Shown one piece after another: positions 1-10,546 of a stretch of DNA of 64,000 nt. Source of the DNA: Nitrosopumilus sp. GTDB lineage: Archaea > Thermoproteota > Nitrososphaeria > Nitrososphaerales > Nitrosopumilaceae. Made by a program: the position numbers and the translations under genes. Position 1 is the stretch's first letter. Every line of letters begins with the position of its first letter. The notes beneath the pieces are model-generated. The model was not told the origin of the DNA, searched no databases, and worked only from the letters and a program-made list of their open reading frames with translations. The stretch lies in contig OZ245040.1 in NCBI GenBank assembly GCA_965224195.1, forward strand, positions 96,001 to 160,000. Direction: 5' to 3'.

Positions 1-1440
1 GATGGTAACTATGTCTTACGTAGTCCGCGTGACAGAAAATCTGTAAAAGAAATCAATGCACATCAACTAATTGATCTAATTGCATTATCTGCATGGAAGA
101 GCGCAGAACCTGGTTTGATCTTCTTTGATCAAATTAACAAATACAATGTATTTGCTAAAGCAAGACAAGCACCACTTAGAGCTACAAATCCGTGTGGCGA
201 ACAAAGTCTTTATCCATACGAATCATGTAACTTGGGTTCTATCAATTTGGTAAATCTTGCACAAAGACAAGCTGATGGTTCCTATGAATTTGATTGGCAA
301 GGATATGAAGAAATCATCAGAAAGACAACAAGATTCTTGGATAACATTATTGATGTAAATAATTATCCTGTTCCAGAAATTAGTACAGCCTCAAAAGAGT
401 CTAGAAGAATTGGACTTGGAGTTATGGGTGTAGCTGATTTGTTGTACAAACTGAAAATTTCATACAATTCTCAAGAAGGATATGAACTACAATCAAAACT
501 CTCTGAAGCCCTAACATACTATTCTATGGAAGAAAGTGTTTCACTAGCAAGATCTCGTGGTGAATTCCCACTTTGTGCAAAGACAGAGTATCCTGAAGGA
601 AAGATTCCAATATCTGGATACTATGAGAAATCAAAAGAATCTCATTCATACGAATGGGAACCACTTATTGCAGAAATTAAAAAATATGGTATTAGAAATG
701 TCTTAACGACCACAGTAGCGCCAACTGGAACATTATCTATGATTGCAGACTGTTCAAATGGAATGGAACCTGCATTTGCTTTAGTGTTTGAAAAGAGAGT
801 CACTGTTGGAAGATTCTTCTATACAAACAAGATTTTTGAAGAAGCTCTCAAAGAAGAAGGTCTCTATACAGATGAAATTCTTGAAAAGATTGCAGACAAC
901 TATGGTTCATTGAAAGGATTGGATGAAATCCCACAATGGATGCAAGATGTCTTTGTTACAGCAATGGATATCCATTGGGCTGATCATTTAATGGCTCAAG
1001 GTGTATGGCAAGATTGGATTGGAAATGCAATTGCAAAAACGATCAACATGCCATATGATGTAACAGTAGAAGATGTAAAATCTGCATATCTACTTGCACA
1101 CGAAATTGGTCTAAAAGGAATGACTGTTTATCGTGATGGTTCAAGACACAAACAAGTTCTTCACATGACAAGTGAGAATGCAACAAAAACATTTGAGGTA
1201 ACACCAAGTGAGTTCATGACAGCATTTGTTACTAAAAATATCACAAACTCATACATCAAATCCCAAGTCAATGCTTCATTGGCATTAAAAATACATGATG
1301 AGGAAATTACACTAGAGGCTCCAAAAGTAGAAGAAGTTTCTGAAGACAAATTATGTCCTACATGTAAAAACAACTTGGTATTTGTAGAAGGTTGTAGTAT
1401 CTGCATTGAATGTGGGTACAGTGGTTGTACTTCTGGATAA
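1..1440 (+). CDS. nrdJ: Class II (B12-dependent) ribonucleotide reductase, 5'-partial
   Basis: Frame open from base 1 (DGNYVLRSP...AEPGLIFFD); TNPCGEQ, CNLGSINL, APTGT and YRDGSR motifs; C-terminal CxxC..CxxC zinc ribbon. Confidence 0.95.
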   Translation, partial: DGNYVLRSPRDRKSVKEINAHQLIDLIALSAWKSAEPGLIFFDQINKYNVFAKARQAPLRATNPCGEQSLYPYESCNLGSINLVNLAQRQADGSYEFDWQGYEEIIRKTTRFLDNIIDVNNYPVPEISTASKESRRIGLGVMGVADLLYKLKISYNSQEGYELQSKLSEALTYYSMEESVSLARSRGEFPLCAKTEYPEGKIPISGYYEKSKESHSYEWEPLIAEIKKYGIRNVLTTTVAPTGTLSMIADCSNGMEPAFALVFEKRVTVGRFFYTNKIFEEALKEEGLYTDEILEKIADNYGSLKGLDEIPQWMQDVFVTAMDIHWADHLMAQGVWQDWIGNAIAKTINMPYDVTVEDVKSAYLLAHEIGLKGMTVYRDGSRHKQVLHMTSENATKTFEVTPSEFMTAFVTKNITNSYIKSQVNASLALKIHDEEITLEAPKVEEVSEDKLCPTCKNNLVFVEGCSICIECGYSGCTSG

Positions 1441-1484
1441 AACAGAATAACAACTTTTTTACTTTCTTTTATTTTTGAATCTGT

Positions 1485-2606
1485 ATGAATAACAAATCCC
1501 TAGGCGTAATTGTAGGCATAGGCGTAGTAATTGCTGTAATAGCTGTAACTATGAGTATCACAAATTCTGATATCATTTCTACTCCGGAAATAAATCAAAA
1601 AATCGGTCTTGTAATTAATTCTCCAAATCAATCAACAACATTACAGGAACTAAATGATGTTTATTCAGAAGCAGCTGATTCTGGAATCGGAAGAAGCAAT
1701 GTCTATCTCTTTTGGAATCTAGTTGAACCAGTACGTGGAGAATATGATTGGGGACAATCTGATATTTTGATGGGGTTAAATGAAAAAAATGATCTTAAAG
1801 TCACACTTTTCTTTTCAGTAATTAATGGAGATTCTCTAGGACCATTTCCAGATTGGATTGGAAAACCATCCATTAATTCAATTGGTGAAGATCGACTTGT
1901 TAGTGTTCTTGATGCAGTTCTTTCAAGGTACCATATAGTAGATTCAGTAATTATTTCGGGTGAAACAGAATCACAATTCCGTTATTCTGAACAAAATATC
2001 CCTGTTTACAAAGAAATGTTTTCTAGAGTTTATGATAAATTAAAAGATAAGCATCCTGATGTAAAGTTTGGAAATTCATTTGCATTACATCAAGTATTGA
2101 ATAAAGATTTAGGTGATATTGTAAATGAGTTGGCAATTGGAGATTTTGTAGCATTTTCATACTTTCCAGTAGATAATCTAAATGAAATTACAAAAACTCC
2201 TCATGATGCTTTAGAAGATTTGAAGAAAGCATTTGATATTGTACCTGATAAAAAAATTGCAATTTTTGAGATTAGCTGGAGTTCTTCTAATTTTGTAGGT
2301 GGTAATTCCACTTCACAACAATCCTTTTTAGAAAAAATATTTGATTTCTACTCACAAAATGAATCTGAAATTGAATTTTTAACTTGGTATAGGTATTCAG
2401 ACAAGTCTGAAGGTACTTGTGTTCAAGAACAACAAGAAATTGGTAATCAAAGTATTAGCGTTGGAGGTGGCTCTGGTATGGGTAGTAGTGAATTTACTAT
2501 TGAAAGATTAAATCACTACATTTGTAATGCTGGATTGATCGAAATTGATGGTAATCCAAAACCAAGTTGGAATGAATTTAAGAAGCAAATTGAAATGATA
2601 AACTAG
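1485..2606 (+). CDS. Membrane-anchored TIM-barrel glycoside-hydrolase-like protein
   Basis: N-terminal TM helix; WNLVEPVRGEYDW resembles GH-A clan enzymes. Confidence 0.6.
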   Translation: MNNKSLGVIVGIGVVIAVIAVTMSITNSDIISTPEINQKIGLVINSPNQSTTLQELNDVYSEAADSGIGRSNVYLFWNLVEPVRGEYDWGQSDILMGLNEKNDLKVTLFFSVINGDSLGPFPDWIGKPSINSIGEDRLVSVLDAVLSRYHIVDSVIISGETESQFRYSEQNIPVYKEMFSRVYDKLKDKHPDVKFGNSFALHQVLNKDLGDIVNELAIGDFVAFSYFPVDNLNEITKTPHDALEDLKKAFDIVPDKKIAIFEISWSSSNFVGGNSTSQQSFLEKIFDFYSQNESEIEFLTWYRYSDKSEGTCVQEQQEIGNQSISVGGGSGMGSSEFTIERLNHYICNAGLIEIDGNPKPSWNEFKKQIEMIN

Positions 2607-2607
2607 A

Positions 2608-3276
2608 ATGATTTCTTTAATTTTAGCTGAATCCTCCTTAGAACTCATTCCTTCTGAATTAAAACATCATCCATCAGTTATTTCTCATGCAAGAAAACTT
2701 GATAAACATTCATCAGAAATCTTACTAGATAATTCGTGGCATTTTGCAGCTATGAAAGGAATTGAAAATGAAATGAAAAGAGGCAGACCTGATCTTGTAC
2801 ATTTTTCTATACTTGAAGCTACAACTATTCCACTATACCTTCAAAATAAAATAAAACTCTATGTTCACACTTTAGATGATAAAGTAATTTCTTTTGGAAA
2901 AAATATACACATCCCAAAATCATATCATAGATTTGCAGGAGTTATAGAAAAATTATATCAAGAAAAAGAAATTACAACAAAAGATGATGTTTTATTAGAA
3001 ATTGAAGAAAAAACATTTTCTGAATTACTTGATGAAATAAATCCTTCAAAAGTACTTGGTTTTTCTACAAAGGGTGCTAATAGTACATATGAAAAAATTG
3101 CAAAAGATATGCCAGACGATGCTTGCATTGTGATTGGAGGATTTCAAAAAGGACATTTCTCTAATTCAATTGAAAATAAAATAACAGATCTTTATTCTGT
3201 TGGAGATGAATCATTTGAAGGACATGTTATAGTTGCCAGAATGCTCTATGAGTATGAAAAAACCATTTTTATGTAG
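2608..3276 (+). CDS. nep1: rRNA pseudouridine N1-methyltransferase Nep1/EMG1
   Basis: LILAESSLE, RGRPDLVH, PKSYHRFAG and IGGFQKGHF SPOUT motifs. Confidence 0.92.
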   Translation: MISLILAESSLELIPSELKHHPSVISHARKLDKHSSEILLDNSWHFAAMKGIENEMKRGRPDLVHFSILEATTIPLYLQNKIKLYVHTLDDKVISFGKNIHIPKSYHRFAGVIEKLYQEKEITTKDDVLLEIEEKTFSELLDEINPSKVLGFSTKGANSTYEKIAKDMPDDACIVIGGFQKGHFSNSIENKITDLYSVGDESFEGHVIVARMLYEYEKTIFM

Positions 3277-3298
3277 GAAATTAAATTTTCATTTTATT

Positions 3299-3372
3299 GC
3301 AGTCATAGTATAGCCTGGTTAGTATTCGGGGTTTCCAACCCTGTGACGCGGGTTCGAATCCCGCTGACTGCA
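3299..3372 (+). tRNA. tRNA-Gly(TCC)
   Basis: Acceptor GCAGTCA/TGACTGC, anticodon arm CGGGG-TTTCCAA-CCCTG, T-loop TTCGAAT. Confidence 0.95.
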
Positions 3373-3423
3373 TTTTTCAATACTTATGAGAACCAATTTT
3401 TAGGTGCATTATTAGATAATATT

Positions 3424-3726
3424 GTGAAGCCTGGAGCAAAAAAAATTGCAATGGAGAGAATGCAAATTCTCATTGAAAATGCAATTACTAATGCAAAAAA
3501 AGATCCTGAACTTTCTCAGAGACAAGCTTCCATTGCAAGAAGAATTAGTACCAGACATAAAATTAGAATGCCATACTATCTTAGAATGGTATTTTGTAAA
3601 AAATGCAAATCCTTTATTGCGCCTGGAGTGAATTCTAGATTTCGATTAGGTAGAGCATCTGTCAAGTCGATCAGAATTTCTTGTTACTTGTGTGGGCATA
3701 CTTATCGTAAGATAATACCTCAATAG
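3424..3726 (+). CDS. rnp4: RNase P protein component 4 (Rpp21)
   Basis: KIAMERMQIL, FCKKC...CYLCG zinc ribbon; start moved to GTG 3424 because the longer ORF overlaps the tRNA. Confidence 0.88.
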   Translation: MKPGAKKIAMERMQILIENAITNAKKDPELSQRQASIARRISTRHKIRMPYYLRMVFCKKCKSFIAPGVNSRFRLGRASVKSIRISCYLCGHTYRKIIPQ

Positions 3727-3880
3727 TATTCACAAATCTGCTATTAACACAGACTTCTATACCTTAGTCAGATTTGGCAAGATAACTCTCAAGCATCTCT
3801 CAGAAGGAAAACATTCACAGAAGAGCACAGTGGATTGATAGGTTCTGTGTAATCTTCGGGACTTGAGAAGTTCTAAGGGT

Positions 3881-4339
3881 TCATTCCGTAGTCTTGTTTA
3901 GTGAGGCGTTTTGAATGATAGTTTTCCATTTATTCTTACCATCTATTTCTATTAATGCTTCCTGAGCTGGTGTCTTTCCCTTTAATGCACCATGTTTCTT
4001 TGCGAAATTATAGTACACTCTCATTCCATCTAACACTGGAGTTTCCATCTTCTTTAATCCACGAAATACTTTCTCACGATCTCTTATCTCACCGTTCAGG
4101 CGTTCCATACGGTTATTGTTTTTGTGGATTCCACGAATACCAACATCTGACAAATGATAGGTGTCTTTACCAAATACTTTCTTACAGGCTTTTTTGTATG
4201 CAGGTAGTCCATCAGTTATGAATTTGCGTGGGCTTTTTCCTGCTTGTTTTTTAGTCATTTCTAAGAGGTCGTTAGCGTTATGTTTGAATTTGGTATTTGC
4301 CACATCAGAAGCTAGCCAAAATCTTGTATCACCATCCAA
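3881..4339 (-). pseudogene. IS6-like DDE transposase, C-terminal fragment
   Basis: MDGDTRFWLA, ITDGLPAY, NNNRMERLNGEIRDR; N-terminus missing. Confidence 0.85.
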
Positions 4340-4344
4340 CGAGA

Positions 4345-4589
4345 AAAAAAATCTATAGAGAAATTGCAGGACAAGCTTTTTGGAAAGAACTTACAGGAGA
4401 TTCAGATTTTTATCTAAAATTAATTACAATGATGAAAGAGATTCCAAAAAACACATGGAAAAATATCAACCAAAATTTGATGCTGTTCTCAATAGGCTTA
4501 CAAAGGAGTTTCTAACTGATTTTTGTTTTGCAGATGGTAGAATAGATTGGGAAAAACTAGTTAGATTTGTAAGCAGTAAAAAGTCATAA
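4345..4589 (+). pseudogene. Type II restriction endonuclease C-terminal remnant (PmeII-like)
   Basis: YREIAGQAFWKELTGDSDFY then frameshift to NRLTKEFLTDFC..DGRIDWEKLVRF. Confidence 0.65.
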
Positions 4590-4674
4590 CTTCTCAAGTC
4601 CCGAAGATTACACAGAACCGATTGATAGATTCTTAAAAAATCAGGAAGAAAAACTATCATCTAAGAATCTTCAG

Positions 4675-5630
4675 TTGTTGTTTGACTATAATGACGATAT
4701 GATTATTCACAGCATGGCAGAGAACACTAGATACAAGAATCTAACTCATTTTGGATTACTATCTAAAATGTTACAAAAAGACTGGATTGATGTAACTGAG
4801 AAAGACATCAGAGGTCTAGTGTCTCATATTATGATAAAGCATGGAGAAAACGGCAAAGAGACAGGATATACATTTGGATTAAAAATATCTATCAAATCTA
4901 TTGTAAGATCTGTAAAATTGGGTTCAAGAAGCAAAACCAGAAGATAGTGAATTACCAATGATAAATTCATCAATCCAGAAAAACCAAAGGACAAGCTTAC
5001 ACGCGAATATTTACCAACAGATGAAGAATTACAAAAGATTTTATCTACATGTGCTGATTCTCCACGAGATAAAGCAATGATTTCAGTTCATGCCAAAGCT
5101 GGAACTAGAATAGGTGAACTATTGGGTCTTGAAATCAAAGACTTTACTCTTGACAAGTTTGGTGGAACGATCAAAGTAGATGGAAAACAGGTGTTAGACC
5201 AATTAGAATTGTAAAATCAGTTCCATATTTGACAAAGTGGCTAAACGATCATCCAAACAAAGACGATCATAGTAGTCCTCTTTGGGTTTACATCAGTTTG
5301 AGTAGTACATTTGGTCAGCCAATTAACTATGCTGGATTTAACAGCATTTTACGAAAAAGAATCAGACAGGCAGGTATTACAAAGAGAATTTACTCTCATC
5401 TATTTAGACACAAGGAAATTACAGATTTGGCAAACCGATTAACTGAATCTGAGAGTAGAATGAGGCATGGATGGGAAAAGGGCTCACTAATGTCCTCAAG
5501 ATATTCTCACTTAAACCAAGAGGATCTAGATGAAAAGATGCTTGGAATTATGAGTGTAAAGACTCCAAAAGAAGTGAAAGAAGCATTTCAGGAATGTTTC
5601 ACATATATCAGGTTGTCTCATTCACCGTGA
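4675..5630 (+). pseudogene. Tyrosine recombinase/integrase, frameshifted
   Basis: Fragments across frames: RDKAMISVHAKAGTRIGELL, KVDGK, HLFRH, RHGW, RYSHL. Confidence 0.85.
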
Positions 5631-5790
5631 TCAATAGATCCCAAAATATTTAACATAGAGTTTGACGTATTAGAATTGTCTTGTTTTAGTTTTTGTTAGT
5701 CCGTGAGGCTTACAATTAAAAAAAGACATGCTCTCAGTCTGACGCTACAGCTGAGGGCAACTTTTTATTATTATCTTAATTTGGATAATT

Positions 5791-5874
5791 GTCGATATTG
5801 TCTAGTCTGGTTAAGACGTCGGTCTCTTAAACCGATCATGTAGCGTGACGTGGGTTCGAATCCCGCTATCGACG
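5791..5874 (+). tRNA. Atypical tRNA, anticodon CTT (Lys) with long class-II variable arm
   Basis: Acceptor GTCGATA/TATCGAC, D stem GTCT/AGAC, anticodon arm TCGGT-CTCTTAA-ACCGA, V-arm CATG-TAG-CGTG, T arm GTGGG-TTCGAAT-CCCGC; TATA-like TTTTATTA about 25 bp upstream. Confidence 0.85.
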
Positions 5875-5957
5875 TAAAACAATTCTTTCTCCATCTATTT
5901 TTGCGATCAAAAAATTTAATCATAAGAGAGAGATATTAAATATTTTTCATATAATTT

Positions 5958-6062
5958 ATGATATGTAAAAAATGTCAAAGAAACATACAGAGATACCCAT
6001 GTCCTAATTATGGTGAAGATGGTAATGAATCAGCTGTAGGTGGCAGAACAGGTGTTAGATAG
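5958..6062 (+). CDS. 34-aa degenerate zinc-ribbon mini-protein
   Basis: MICKKC...CPNYG; fourth Cys appears to be Tyr. Confidence 0.3.
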   Translation: MICKKCQRNIQRYPCPNYGEDGNESAVGGRTGVR

Positions 6063-6115
6063 TTTTAGTTGTTTTTTCTAATAGTTTCACAAGATTAGAA
6101 AAATAAAATTCATCA

Positions 6116-6502
6116 TCATTCCGTTTTTTTTTCAATAAACTCTTGAATTTTTTTACTTGTTTTAATTTGATCAAGTATTGCACCGTGCATTTGGTTTATG
6201 TGTTTTATTTTCACGATGCCTTCTCTCCAATACAACGCAAGATCATCATATTCATTTAGAATATTTTCAATATCAATATCTTTACAATCAGATTCTTTTC
6301 CTTTAATTATTAGATTGTTTGTCTTTCTCAGGTCTTTATCGTCTTTGATAACATCTAACAAGTCTCTACAATATTTTATTGATGAAATTTTGTTTTTTGT
6401 TTTTGTTCGATATGATAAAATCAATACAGTTACAATAAGTGATATGTTTGCAAATATTGCTAAAAGTTCTATCATCTGCACCATGTCAAAATATATTTCC
6501 AT
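6116..6502 (-). CDS. Hypothetical membrane protein (DUF4760-like)
   Basis: N-terminal TM, ILNEYDDLALYWREGIV motif. Confidence 0.5.
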   Translation of the reverse strand: MEIYFDMVQMIELLAIFANISLIVTVLILSYRTKTKNKISSIKYCRDLLDVIKDDKDLRKTNNLIIKGKESDCKDIDIENILNEYDDLALYWREGIVKIKHINQMHGAILDQIKTSKKIQEFIEKKTE

Positions 6503-7483
6503 ATCTATTAGAGAAGTATAATGCTATTTGATTTAATATCAAGTAAATCCAAAATTATCCAAGTATTCCTTGGTCTCGTAAATCCTTGATAAGGGTGTAG
6601 AATGCACGTGCAAACAAATCTTTTATTTTATCTTTTTTTGCTGGCAACAGCAACATCTGACAGCTTGGCTTCTTCTGCCTCCAGATGTGCAATATGTAAA
6701 ATGTCGACTGCCCTTGGGATGCAGGCATCATATATTTTTGTTCTTCTAGATTCAGACATTTCGCCGGCTATAAGATCATCCGGCACTATGCCGTGAATTT
6801 TTTTTCTATTACCTTTAATTTGTCGGGCACTCTACAGCATTTGTCAGCCTCTCTTGTGTCACTGCTATATACCCTCTCAGTGAGGAGATGTATGTATCCA
6901 GTTCCGAGTCGCTTATGTCTGTCATGCTGATTGATCGTTCAATAACATACCCCACCAATATCCGTTTGCTTTTATGTACATTCTCTGTATGCTGCCGTTG
7001 CCTCGTCCTGCGGGATGTTCTGGCTGCGTATCTGCGCAGTCATTCGCATCAAATATTCAAGTATGATGCTCTGCAGAAATTCCTCAAACGATACTGCCTG
7101 TGTCTGATTTACAGACATTGTGTGAATCGTGTGCGCGTATTCAAGGCGCTGGTAAATCCACAATCCAACATTGATTGTCCTCAGCTTGTAGGTGTGGAAC
7201 GGCTGCAACTGTTGGATGTCCTTGTGATTTTGTAGGGATGTCTCTATTATTTCCATCTTTTTACCGGACGCAGTTACAATGTATTCTTGGTCTATTCCCT
7301 GCTGTGTTTTTTGGGATATCTAAGAGAGTGCATGGCGCACAGAATCCAAAAATATATTCTTGGGGTCTTCAGCGTTTGGATCAGATGAAATTATAATTTC
7401 ATAGCTTTCTGGGTGCCAGAACTGGATTTTTTTCATAATTTATAAAGTCATGATTACAATAAAAATTTTTGTTTGTTGGAGTG

Positions 7484-7915
7484 TTAATAACCAGGAAAAG
7501 CAGGAAGAGACCTTGCAGCAGCCAGAATATCGTCTTCAAAACCTTGGCATACAGGAGAACATAATAAATCAATAAGTGAATTTACAGAATTTAAAATATA
7601 ATTCTGACGAAATATAGAATTTTTAACATATTCTATTTTTTGATCATGAGGTATTTCAGAATTAAAAGTGAAATATCCATCACGAGAATCAAAAGAAGAA
7701 GAAGGAAGAGGAACATACAACTCATGATCAATAGAATCATACATATGAGAAAAACCAGAAATCATATCAATACTATTGATTTCTGACCGTACATTTTTGA
7801 ATTTATCAAAAAGTTCAGACAATTCTTGTTTTTTATCCATTTGTTTCATCTTTTCTTTGAATTTTTCTTCATCTATCTTCAATTGTTTTTCATATTGTAT
7901 CTCAGCAGACAGCAC
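7484..7915 (-). CDS. Hypothetical protein
   Basis: 143-aa ORF with charged coiled-coil N-terminus; may be a split continuation of 7943-8149. Confidence 0.45.
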   Translation of the reverse strand: MLSAEIQYEKQLKIDEEKFKEKMKQMDKKQELSELFDKFKNVRSEINSIDMISGFSHMYDSIDHELYVPLPSSSFDSRDGYFTFNSEIPHDQKIEYVKNSIFRQNYILNSVNSLIDLLCSPVCQGFEDDILAAARSLPAFPGY

Positions 7916-8190
7916 CCATTCCTCATATTCAGAAATTATATTTTATAATTTTGTAACTTCGCCTGACGCCGAATCTAATGCAAGACGAAACGTATCAAGT
8001 GAGATATGATTCGAAACCGTATCATGTATGCTGGGTTCTGCATAGTCAAAATGCCAGGCGTACACTTCATAATCTTCAGCCACATCCTCAGCCAGTCCAG
8101 GGTTATTAATTAACTCCAAAGGATCATATGACCCGTAGATCTGCTCCAAAACAATGATATCTGCAAGATCCGCATGTTGTTTTTTAAACT

Positions 8191-8631
8191 CTAAAAGTTT
8201 TTCATATATTTTTTCTTTTCCTGCACGATGGTAGGATCATTCCATGGATGCATAGCAGATACTGCAGATTGAGATTTTGGTTCATTTGTAATTGCAAATA
8301 AAGTAGCATTGAGAGCATGAATTAGTTTTGCCTGTACTTTGATTTGTTGTAAAATGTCTTGCAATACTTGAATCTGCTCCATGATAATTAATTTTTGACT
8401 TCTAATTTCTTCTAGATACCATGGCTCCTCAACGTCTACGGCCTGATAAATTGAAGTGTAGTTGCTGTAATACGTGTCAAACCATTTTCGATATTTGTTT
8501 TCGTTGTTGTATCTGTCAATATAGTGTTGTGGACCTAAATCAGAATCATAAAAGTCGGGATATGCGTATGCAGGTATGACAGATGAGAATAATATTGCTG
8601 AAAGAAGTATTGAGGATAGCTTGTGATTCAA
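8191..8631 (-). CDS. Secreted thaumarchaeal protein
   Basis: Signal peptide (..IPAYA); PQHYIDRYNNE..YRKWFD motif recalled from Nitrosopumilus surface proteins. Confidence 0.6.
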   Translation of the reverse strand: MNHKLSSILLSAILFSSVIPAYAYPDFYDSDLGPQHYIDRYNNENKYRKWFDTYYSNYTSIYQAVDVEEPWYLEEIRSQKLIIMEQIQVLQDILQQIKVQAKLIHALNATLFAITNEPKSQSAVSAMHPWNDPTIVQEKKKYMKNF

Positions 8632-9454
8632 TTAATTTTTGAGATGGAATTTGGATTATATAATTTACGATCAAAGACTATAGGTATAAAAAATCAGTTG
8701 ATGAGCCTACTTTTTGATCTTATGAAATAAATTGAAAAAAAGATCAAAAGCAAAGAAGAAATTATTGAAAAAAACTCTAAATAGTTATATTGCGTAGAAA
8801 AATGTGAAGTCTCATGACAATTGATTATACGACAATAACAGTAAAGGAATTGGTTGAAAAAGTCAAAAGCAAAGAAATTAATTCATGTACATACAGCACA
8901 ATGAAAGAGTTTTATGAGGGGTTGAGACAACATGCAATTAATCCTAGTTAATGGATTCTGGCCTGAGTTTTTTTAAATTTGATCCGAATAATGGTGACCG
9001 AGATCTAATTACTACATCTCTTTCAAGCATGCAAAATTTAGCAGCAACTCTTTCACTTTTGGAAGTAAAACACGAGTATTCTTACATTCAATTTCCAATA
9101 AAATACTACAGTTTGTGTTAGATGTCGATTCTGTTGTTGTCATGATTTATGACGGTACTAAAGCAGAATACAAAGAAAACCACTCTCAACATTAATTTCA
9201 TAAATTACTCTTTTAATATAAATTTTATCTTGCCTGCCAAAAAATCATCAGATACTTTGTGATCTAATTATTGTGTTGATTAATAATAAAACTATTTCAC
9301 AAAATATTTATCCTAATATTCCTTGATTTTTTAAATCAGTAATCAAATTTTTGTACGACCTACATAATAAAAAAAGATTTGCAGGGTCAGATGAAGATGG
9401 GTGTACAGTTTGTCTATGATTTGCAAGAGTCCCGAGTATTTTTGATGCTTGTAT

Positions 9455-9910
9455 TTAGTATAATGTTACTTCTTTAAGATGATATTCAGGATATTTCTCA
9501 TGAACATAATCTAGTAATTTTACATATGACATTTCTCCATATTTTTTGTAAACTGAATCTATTGTGTCAATTTCTTTTTGATTTAACACTCCTTGTTTTT
9601 TAGCAGATGTCAAATATTTTTTCCCAGTATCTGTTATACTATAACAATACACATCGTTTCCAGAAGGTGTAGATCTTACATTTTCTTTTATTACTCCCAG
9701 TTCTGCCATTCTTCCTAAAAGATAATTCACATAATCTGATAATGGACCTAATGGTGCTGGTTCAAATTCATAATCATATTTTTTACCTAAAGAGACTTGT
9801 GATAGAAATACTAATTTTTGAAATCTGACTTTACCACGAATCTCGTTTGCATGTGAAATAATTTTTAGTGGAATTGCAAGTTCTTCTAAAAGATTTGTTA
9901 CCAAAATCAT
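9455..9910 (-). CDS. Panacea/SocA (YwgA-like) domain protein, putative antitoxin
   Basis: GKVRFQKLVFL, YEFEPAPLGPLS and LLDYVHEKYPEY motifs. Confidence 0.7.
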   Translation of the reverse strand: MILVTNLLEELAIPLKIISHANEIRGKVRFQKLVFLSQVSLGKKYDYEFEPAPLGPLSDYVNYLLGRMAELGVIKENVRSTPSGNDVYCYSITDTGKKYLTSAKKQGVLNQKEIDTIDSVYKKYGEMSYVKLLDYVHEKYPEYHLKEVTLY

Positions 9911-10383
9911 TCTTCCTCCAAGTTACCTTCCTTTAAAGTAATTCCTTCTTCCATAGCTTCAAATGGAGAAATTGTATGTAGAATTCCACGTTTGTAATCA
10001 TCTAAAATTTTAACTAAATTTTCTCTTATTATTGGTAATTTTACAGTTTCATACAATATTTTTGCAGGTCTACCACCTGTTTTGTTCTTTTTTTGATTTT
10101 TACATTCAGTAACAAATCCAAGAATTACTAATTTTATTAATGAAGTACCTACTGATTTTTCAGAATAATTAGTTCTAATTTCATTTGGAAGTATACTTGA
10201 AATGGGATTTAATGATTTCATAATCTCTGGTGCAGAAAATGCTATTTTCTTTTCGAACCATCTTTGGGTAAATAGAAATACAAACACTCCTACATCTCGT
10301 GGATTCATACCCATTAGAGATAAACCGATACCATATTTTGCATAAATTCCACTGTAATTTTGAATCCATGTTGGAGTTGGCAA
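9907..10383 (-). CDS. Putative winged-helix DNA-binding protein
   Basis: SVGTSLIKLVILGFV...GGRPAKILY wing; 4-bp overlap with the downstream gene. Confidence 0.6.
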   Translation of the reverse strand: MPTPTWIQNYSGIYAKYGIGLSLMGMNPRDVGVFVFLFTQRWFEKKIAFSAPEIMKSLNPISSILPNEIRTNYSEKSVGTSLIKLVILGFVTECKNQKKNKTGGRPAKILYETVKLPIIRENLVKILDDYKRGILHTISPFEAMEEGITLKEGNLEEE

Positions 10384-10546
10384 TTATTTTGATTATCACA
10401 CAATACGTATAAAATGGATGCGATCGGGTTTTAATCATATTTTCTTCTAATGGAGGAAAAGAAGTTCGTGTCAAAAGGAAAAATGTTATTGTTTTCCTCA
10501 TCTGGAGTTTAATTTCCTTTTTGTATTATAAAAATAGGAATTTTTT

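Larger units (their letters stand above)
3841..4619. mobile_element. Internally deleted IS6-like element, 32-bp perfect TIRs, 8-bp TSD GATTGATA
   Basis: GGTTCTGTGTAATCTTCGGGACTTGAGAAGTT (3841-3872) and exact reverse complement (4588-4619); GATTGATA at 3833-3840 and 4620-4627. Confidence 0.9.

Noticed and set aside
3299-3372. tRNA-Gly as the island attachment site
   Set aside because: No duplicated tRNA-Gly 3' end seen; the direct repeat lies in rpp21
3343-3423. N-terminal extension of Rpp21
   Set aside because: Overlaps tRNA-Gly; homology appears to start near 3424
5730-5758. Hairpin GCTCTCAG..CTGAGGGC upstream of the atypical tRNA
   Set aside because: Short and possibly a terminator; too little evidence to call
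5791-5874. tRNA-Sec or tRNA-Pyl / suppressor
   Set aside because: Anticodon stem register gives CTT, not TCA or CTA; canonical 7/5 fold and 4-bp D stem
6602-7396. Several short overlapping ORFs in the island
   Set aside because: Cannot choose a coding frame or assign a family from sequence alone; likely decayed cargo
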